Positions 58,145-64,000 of a DNA stretch of 64,000 nucleotides are shown piece by piece. The notes beneath the pieces are model-generated. The model saw only the letters and a program-made list of their open reading frames with translations, searched no databases and was not told the DNA's origin. The stretch is from Marinicella sp. GTDB taxonomy: Bacteria > Pseudomonadota > Gammaproteobacteria > Xanthomonadales > Marinicellaceae. Location: NCBI GenBank assembly GCA_965230295.1, contig OZ246001.1, positions 1,120,001 to 1,184,000 of the forward strand, in the 5' to 3' direction. A program made the translations under genes and the position numbers. The number at the start of each line of letters is the position of its first letter. The first letter of the stretch is position 1.

Positions 58145-59191
58145 TCAACCATTCTCTGGTCTGAGTTTTCTGACTTGCTGGCCAGTTTGCCACAATTCAG
58201 AATTGCGCAAAGCTTCCAACTCCAGATCCAGTTTTTCCCGGTAATCGGCCTTTTGGTTGGCCTCGATCACCACCCTGGCTTCTTCCCCGCTGGAAACACT
58301 GTTGTACAGTTCTTCAAACAAGGGCGTATTGGCATCACGGAACTTGTGGCGCCAATCCAAAGCACCCCGTTGTGCCGTGGTCGAAGTGTTGGCATACATC
58401 CAATCCATGCCATTATCAGCCACCAAAGGCATCAAAGATTGGGTCAACTCTTCCACCGTCTCATTGAAGGCTTCAGACGGTGAATGACCGTGTTTTCTCA
58501 GCACGTTGTACTGCGCTTCAAATAACCCTGCAATGGCACCCATCAAGATTCCACGTTCACCGGTGAGGTCTGAGTACACTTCTTTTTTGAAATCGGTTTC
58601 AAACAGGTAGCCGGATCCCACGCCTATGCCCAGTGCCGTGGCCGTTTCTTTGGCCTGGCCGGTCACATCCTGGAAAATGGCATAACTTGAATTCAAACCT
58701 TTGCCTTGTTGGAACAAGGTGCGCAAAGAACGGCCAGAACCTTTTGGAGCAACCAGCACCACATCCACATCATCAGGAGGCACAATGCCGGTTTGTTCAT
58801 TGAAGGTGACACCGAAGCCATGAGAAAAGTACAAAGTGTCACCGGCATTGAGGTTGTCTTTGACCGATGGCCAGGCGGCAATCTGTCCCGCGTCTGACAA
58901 CAGGTACATCACCACGTCAGCTTGTTGGGTGGCAGCATCCAGTTCGAACAGATTCTCGCCTTCAACCCAACCGTCGGCCAATGCTTTGTCCCATGAGCCT
59001 GAACCTTTGCGCTGACCCACAATGACGTTGAAACCATTGTCACGCAGATTCAAGGCCTGGCCCGGCCCTTGGACACCATACCCGAGAACCGCAATGGTTT
59101 TGTCTTGTAAATAAGATTGTGCCTGTTCCAATGGATACTCATCACGAGTCACCACTTCTTCCCAGGTTCCACCAAAATTTAATTTAGCCAT
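58145..59191 (-). CDS. ilvC: Ketol-acid reductoisomerase (Bacteroidota/fungal-like type)
   Basis: LGYGVQGPGQ, FSHGF, VAPKG, SDLTGERG.LMG, STTAQRGALDW. Confidence 0.95.
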   Translation of the reverse strand: MAKLNFGGTWEEVVTRDEYPLEQAQSYLQDKTIAVLGYGVQGPGQALNLRDNGFNVIVGQRKGSGSWDKALADGWVEGENLFELDAATQQADVVMYLLSDAGQIAAWPSVKDNLNAGDTLYFSHGFGVTFNEQTGIVPPDDVDVVLVAPKGSGRSLRTLFQQGKGLNSSYAIFQDVTGQAKETATALGIGVGSGYLFETDFKKEVYSDLTGERGILMGAIAGLFEAQYNVLRKHGHSPSEAFNETVEELTQSLMPLVADNGMDWMYANTSTTAQRGALDWRHKFRDANTPLFEELYNSVSSGEEARVVIEANQKADYREKLDLELEALRNSELWQTGQQVRKLRPENG

Positions 59192-59221
59192 AATATTTCC
59201 TCTTAGTTTTCGTTTTTTAAA

Positions 59222-59797
59222 TTAATCATTGAGTGACACCTGTGTGCCGCTTTCGGCGTCACAAGTGGCGTGTTGTTTAAAGACTGACATGTCAGCTGCT
59301 GCTGCGCTGGCCGTCATGGGTTTGCTGATGCTGACCGGACCTGAACGGACAAATTCCAAAATCCCAACCACCGATAAATCATCAAACAAGGCTTGACTCT
59401 CGGGGCGACTGCCGGTTTTTTCTATCACGGTGTATTCGCTGTTCATGCTCAATACCCGAGCATGGTGACGGTGAATGATCTGCTCAGTCAGGGTTTGTTC
59501 CAGCATGGATTTTGAAGCGATCTTGTACAAAGCCACTTCTTGTTGAATCATGTCATCCTCAGGGCGGTACTCAGCCCTGACCACTTCAATCTGTCGTTCC
59601 AACTGCTTGCTCAAACGGGCGGCTGTCTTGTGATCGCAGCGCACCTGTACACTGTGTCTGAAGATGCCCGGTTCTGCTGATTCACAAACTGACAAGGCAT
59701 CGATGTTGAGGTTGACTCTGGAGAACACCGCTGTGATGCGGTTCAATATCCCTGCCTGATCGTTGGAATAGATGGCAAAGTCATAGGTTTTAATCAT
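59222..59797 (-). CDS. ilvN: Acetolactate synthase small (regulatory) subunit
   Basis: GILNRI..VFSR..LNI..L, KQLERQIEV, EVALYK, EKTG, EFVRSG; start placed at ATG 59797. Confidence 0.9.
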   Translation of the reverse strand: MIKTYDFAIYSNDQAGILNRITAVFSRVNLNIDALSVCESAEPGIFRHSVQVRCDHKTAARLSKQLERQIEVVRAEYRPEDDMIQQEVALYKIASKSMLEQTLTEQIIHRHHARVLSMNSEYTVIEKTGSRPESQALFDDLSVVGILEFVRSGPVSISKPMTASAAAADMSVFKQHATCDAESGTQVSLND

Positions 59798-61580
59798 CCG
59801 CCGGCCCTCCTGTCGTTTCAGATTGATCCTCGCCCAAACACATGTCTGCCACTGATGCGCCAGGGGTGATGATGGGAAACACATTGTCTTGTTGAGCCAC
59901 CCGCACCTCTAAGACATAGGCACCCGGATGCGCCATCATGGTTTTGATGGCTGCAGGTAATTCGCCGCGCGCCGTCACACATTGGTTGGCTATGCCATAA
60001 CCATCGGCCAACACCCCAAAATCAGGGTTGGCCAGTTCTGTCGAAGCATAGCGTTTGTCAAAATACAATTCCTGCCACTGCCTGACCATGCCCAAAAATT
60101 GATTGTTGAGGATGATCACTTTCACTGGCAATTGATGTTGCATCATCACGCCCAATTCCTGGATGGTCATTTGCACACCGCCATCACCCACAATACCCAC
60201 CACTTGGCGTTCAGGACAAGCGAACTTGGCACCTATGGCAGCCGGCAAACAAAAGCCCATAGTACCCAAGCCACCTGAAGTGATCAGGCTGCGGGTCTGC
60301 TTGAAGTTGGTATATCGACAGGCCACCATCTGGTGTTGGCCGACATCAGTAACGATGATGGGATCTTCTGTTTGTTGGTTCAAACAGTCAACCACTTCAG
60401 CCATGTTGATTTCTTCACCCGCGGGCTGCAAATCTTTATCAATAATCAAACGTTGTTCAACTTGATGCAATTTGCTGAATTCGGCCAGCCAGGCACTGTG
60501 CTGGTTGTGTTGCAAATGTTTCATCAAAGCTGGCAATGTTTGTTTCACATCACCCAACACCGCCACGCTGGCAGGTACGTTTTTATTGATTTCACTGGGA
60601 TCGATTTCAAAATGGACCACTTGCGCCTGTTTGGCATAATGCTCCAGATTGCTGGTGACCCGGTCATCAAAACGCATACCTACAGCAATCAACACATCGC
60701 ATTCATTGGTTAATTTGTTGGCGGCATAATTACCATGCATACCCAACATGCCCACGTATTGAGGATGGTCTGATGGGATGGCTGACAAACCAAGCACAGT
60801 CGATGCCAAAGGCGCGCCACTTCGTTCAGCAAAGGCCAAGAACTCCTGTTCAGCCTGACCCAGAATCACCCCTTGACCAAACAAAACCAACGGTTTCTTG
60901 GCTCCATTGATCAAACTGGCAGCCTGAGCCAAAGCCAGCTGGTTAGGTGTTGGATTCGGGTCATAGCTGCTCAGCTGTTCACAGGCCTGATAAATGAAAT
61001 CCAAAGAATCTACCTGGGCATTTTTGGTGATGTCGATCAGCACCGGTCCGGGTCGGCCACTGCGGGCCACATAAAAAGCTTTGGCCAAAGCAACTGGTAT
61101 TTCAGCAGCTTCAGTCACTTTGTAATTCCATTTGGTCACGGGCATGGAGATGTCCAGGATGTCGATCTCTTGAAATGCATCGGTTCCCAATAAATGCGCA
61201 AATACCTGTCCGGTGATACACACCAAAGGTGTTGAGTCCAAATAAGCGTCAGCTATCCCGGTGATCAAGTTGGTGGCACCCGGTCCTGAGGTGGCGATAC
61301 AAACGCCCACATCACCTGAAGCTCGGGCATAACCCTGAGCGGCGTGCACCGCACCTTGTTCGTGTCGCACCAGAATATGTTCCAACCGGGTTTCAAAATC
61401 CATCAAAGCATCATAAGTGGGCATGATGGCACCACCCGGATAACCAAACACTTTACTCACGCCCTCAGCCAGTAAACTCATGATGATGGCTTCTGAGCCA
61501 GTGACCCTTTGGCTGTTCGATGCAGCAGTCGGTTGTTGATCAACGGTCAAAGTTTCTGAAATCATTGAGGCGGTTTTCAT
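59790..61580 (-). CDS. ilvB: Acetolactate synthase large subunit
   Basis: [49 protein letters not shown]. Confidence 0.96.
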   Translation of the reverse strand: MKTASMISETLTVDQQPTAASNSQRVTGSEAIIMSLLAEGVSKVFGYPGGAIMPTYDALMDFETRLEHILVRHEQGAVHAAQGYARASGDVGVCIATSGPGATNLITGIADAYLDSTPLVCITGQVFAHLLGTDAFQEIDILDISMPVTKWNYKVTEAAEIPVALAKAFYVARSGRPGPVLIDITKNAQVDSLDFIYQACEQLSSYDPNPTPNQLALAQAASLINGAKKPLVLFGQGVILGQAEQEFLAFAERSGAPLASTVLGLSAIPSDHPQYVGMLGMHGNYAANKLTNECDVLIAVGMRFDDRVTSNLEHYAKQAQVVHFEIDPSEINKNVPASVAVLGDVKQTLPALMKHLQHNQHSAWLAEFSKLHQVEQRLIIDKDLQPAGEEINMAEVVDCLNQQTEDPIIVTDVGQHQMVACRYTNFKQTRSLITSGGLGTMGFCLPAAIGAKFACPERQVVGIVGDGGVQMTIQELGVMMQHQLPVKVIILNNQFLGMVRQWQELYFDKRYASTELANPDFGVLADGYGIANQCVTARGELPAAIKTMMAHPGAYVLEVRVAQQDNVFPIITPGASVADMCLGEDQSETTGGPADD

Positions 61581-63379
61581 GAAGTCGCTCCTTTGGCTTG
61601 AAAATTGGCAGCCACATCTTCCGCAATCAGGTTCATTTCAATGCGATTGACTGGTTGTTCTGCTGTGTGATTTAAGCGGGATCCTGTCTCCGATCTTTCT
61701 GGCGGCAGATCAGTCAAACAGCCGGTAGAAGCGGATGAAACTGTGCGGGCATATTTACCCAAAGTGCCCCTACTGTGCTTGAGTGCTGGTGCTTGCCATT
61801 GCACCCTTCTGGCAGTCAGGTCAGCTTCACTGACATGTAATTTCATCAGGTTATTTTGGGCATCAATGGTGATCAAGTCACCATCCTTAACCAATGCCAA
61901 ATTACCACCCACCTGGGCTTCCGGAGTGACATGTCCAACCACAAAACCATGGGTGCCACCAGAAAACCGGCCATCGGTGATCAAGGCCACCGAATTACCC
62001 AAACCGGCACCAATGATGGCAGAGGTGGGCTTCAGCATTTCTGGCATTCCCGGACCCCCTTTGGGGCCCACATAGCGGATCACCACCACATCACCTGCTT
62101 TCACTTGACCTTGAGCAATGCCTTCGTTGACCGCTTGTTCACTGTCGAAAGTAACCGCAGGCCCTTGAAAATACTCACCTTCTTTGCCGGTGATCTTAGC
62201 CACTGAACCTTGCTCCGCCAGATTCCCCTTGAGAATTTGGATGTGTCCTGTGGTTTTGATCGGCTGGTCTTGCATGCGCAGCACATCTTGACTGGCATCC
62301 AAGGCTTTGATGTTTTCCAAATTTTCCGACAGGGTTTTTCCAGTGACTGTCATGCAGCTGCCATCCAACCAGCCCAGCTCCAGCATGTATTTCATCACCG
62401 CCGGAACCCCTCCGACGCGATGCAAATCTTCCATCAGGTATCGGCCACTTGGCTTGAGGTCAGCCAAAAAGGGGGTGGCATCGCTGATGGACTGAAAATC
62501 ATCCAAGCCCATATCGATACCGGCGGCATCGGCTATGGCCAGAAAATGCAGCACCGCATTGGTCGAACCACCCAATACAGTAACCAGCTTGAATGCATTG
62601 CTCAGTGATGATTTGGTGACGATGTCTCGGGGCTTCAGGTCATTTTGGATCAAACCATGCATGGCTTCAGCCACTTGCGCCATTTCATCCAATTTGTCTT
62701 GGCTGATGGCGGGATTGGAAGAAGAATATGGCAAACTCATGCCCATGGCTTCAATGGCCGATGCCATGGTGTTGGCCGTGTACATGCCGCCACAGGCGCC
62801 GGCCCCCGGACAGGCTTTTTGAATCACCTGCTGATAATCATCTTCTTCAATCTGACCGCTGACTTTTTCTCCCCAGGCTTCAAAAGCAGACACCACATCA
62901 AGTTTTTTACCGGCATGACAACCGGCTGCAATGGTGCCACCATAAACCAACAGTGCCGGCCGATTCAGCCGCAACATCGCCATCATGGCACCGGGCATGT
63001 TCTTATCACACCCCACCACAGTCACCACAGCATCGTAGTGCATACCGGCAACCACAGTTTCCATGGAGTCAGCGATCAAATCACGGGATGGCAAAGAATA
63101 ATGCATGCCACTGGTACCCATGGAGATGCCATCGGAGATACCAATGGTATTGAAAATCAAGCCATTCAACGGATAGGCACTGATGGCCTGTTTGATGTTC
63201 TTGGCCAAATCATTGAGGTGCATGTTACAAGGGTTGCCCTCATAACCCGTTGAAGCTATTCCCACGAAGGGCTGATTCAATTGCTCAGCAGTCAGACCAA
63301 TGGCATGCAACATGGCTTTGGCAGCCGGTTGTGAATCATCCTGGGTCACTGCTTTTGAATAGGGGTTCAATGCTTTCAT
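61577..63379 (-). CDS. ilvD: Dihydroxy-acid dehydratase
   Basis: [44 protein letters not shown]. Confidence 0.96.
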   Translation of the reverse strand: MKALNPYSKAVTQDDSQPAAKAMLHAIGLTAEQLNQPFVGIASTGYEGNPCNMHLNDLAKNIKQAISAYPLNGLIFNTIGISDGISMGTSGMHYSLPSRDLIADSMETVVAGMHYDAVVTVVGCDKNMPGAMMAMLRLNRPALLVYGGTIAAGCHAGKKLDVVSAFEAWGEKVSGQIEEDDYQQVIQKACPGAGACGGMYTANTMASAIEAMGMSLPYSSSNPAISQDKLDEMAQVAEAMHGLIQNDLKPRDIVTKSSLSNAFKLVTVLGGSTNAVLHFLAIADAAGIDMGLDDFQSISDATPFLADLKPSGRYLMEDLHRVGGVPAVMKYMLELGWLDGSCMTVTGKTLSENLENIKALDASQDVLRMQDQPIKTTGHIQILKGNLAEQGSVAKITGKEGEYFQGPAVTFDSEQAVNEGIAQGQVKAGDVVVIRYVGPKGGPGMPEMLKPTSAIIGAGLGNSVALITDGRFSGGTHGFVVGHVTPEAQVGGNLALVKDGDLITIDAQNNLMKLHVSEADLTARRVQWQAPALKHSRGTLGKYARTVSSASTGCLTDLPPERSETGSRLNHTAEQPVNRIEMNLIAEDVAANFQAKGATS

Positions 63380-64000
63380 CAGGCTGCCTTTACTTTTTTG
63401 AAATTAACTTTTTGCGCTCGTACTTTTTGGTGGAACTGTTGTTGCAACAGGGCACCGAAGGTGTCTTCCCAAGGCAAGCTGAATGATTGTTTGTTGACCG
63501 AACCAATGGCTTGCACTTCAACGGCTGTACCTGTCAGGAAGGCCCCTTCTGCACCGAAAATGGCATCCGGTTTGAACAGTTTTTCCTGGACTTCGATGCC
63601 ATTGGCTGCAGCCAATTCCATCACGATTGAGCGGGTGATGCCTGGCAAAATGTTGCCTTTGGGCGGCGTGAATAACACACCATCCTTTTGCAGAAAGAAA
63701 TTGGCACCACTGGCTTCAGCCACAAATCCGTGCTGATCCAACAACAAACCATCGTCATATCCATGCAACTGGGCATCTTTCATGGCCAAGATTGAATTCA
63801 CATAATGTCCAGAAACCTTGGCATCCACATGACAGGATCTGGGATCTGGTCGACAATATGGCGAAACCTTCATGTTTAATTGACCGGCGGCAAAGTACTG
63901 ACTCCAGTCCCAAGCACACAAGAACACATTCGACCGGCTTTCAGCCTGTAAACCCAGTTTCTCATCGGTGTAAATCAGTGGCCTGATGTAGGCATCTTGC
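63379..64000 (-). CDS. ilvE: Branched-chain amino acid aminotransferase; 5' end lies outside the window
   Basis: Frame open to the window edge with AYIRPL; [32 protein letters not shown]. Confidence 0.92.
   Translation of the reverse strand, partial: QDAYIRPLIYTDEKLGLQAESRSNVFLCAWDWSQYFAAGQLNMKVSPYCRPDPRSCHVDAKVSGHYVNSILAMKDAQLHGYDDGLLLDQHGFVAEASGANFFLQKDGVLFTPPKGNILPGITRSIVMELAAANGIEVQEKLFKPDAIFGAEGAFLTGTAVEVQAIGSVNKQSFSLPWEDTFGALLQQQFHQKVRAQKVNFKKVKAA

Noticed and set aside
62645-63253. 202-aa plus-strand ORF and other long antisense ORFs (24667-25215, 34210-34713, 40468-40986, 44345-44869)
   Set aside because: Antisense to well-supported genes, with no motifs or RBS; typical codon-bias shadows

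Overview
Gene-dense chromosomal window from a marine gammaproteobacterium. Gene order and protein style suggest a Marinicella/Xanthomonadales-like organism (inference; no search was run). Housekeeping blocks: a caa3-type cytochrome c oxidase cluster (coxB-coxA-small ORF-ctaG-coxC, DUF2909-SURF1-ctaA-ctaB-tatD-tcdA), putA, exeAB-rhomboid-DUF1820-ntrX-trkAH, smc/queF, algZ-algR-hemCD, folB/abgT, dsbC, and an ilvE-D-B-N-C-A operon whose proteins look Bacteroidota-type. Accessory content: a marine class-GN sortase with a VIT/vWA substrate carrying an atypical YPQGS signal; three unrelated secreted proteins sharing a short C-terminal I-F-x-x-(G/D)-F-E tag; and two three-gene modules that each pair one tagged protein with a phosphorylation-type ECF sigma factor and a membrane non-RD (HGD) Ser/Thr kinase-TPR receptor. 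The tag plus these modules is the best candidate for an undescribed sense-and-secrete system. Intergenic DNA holds several structured repeat families: a 107-bp tandem duplication, a diverged 130-165-nt dispersed element, and two REP-like families. No rRNA, tRNA, CRISPR array or transposase was seen. All family names come from motif recognition by eye.
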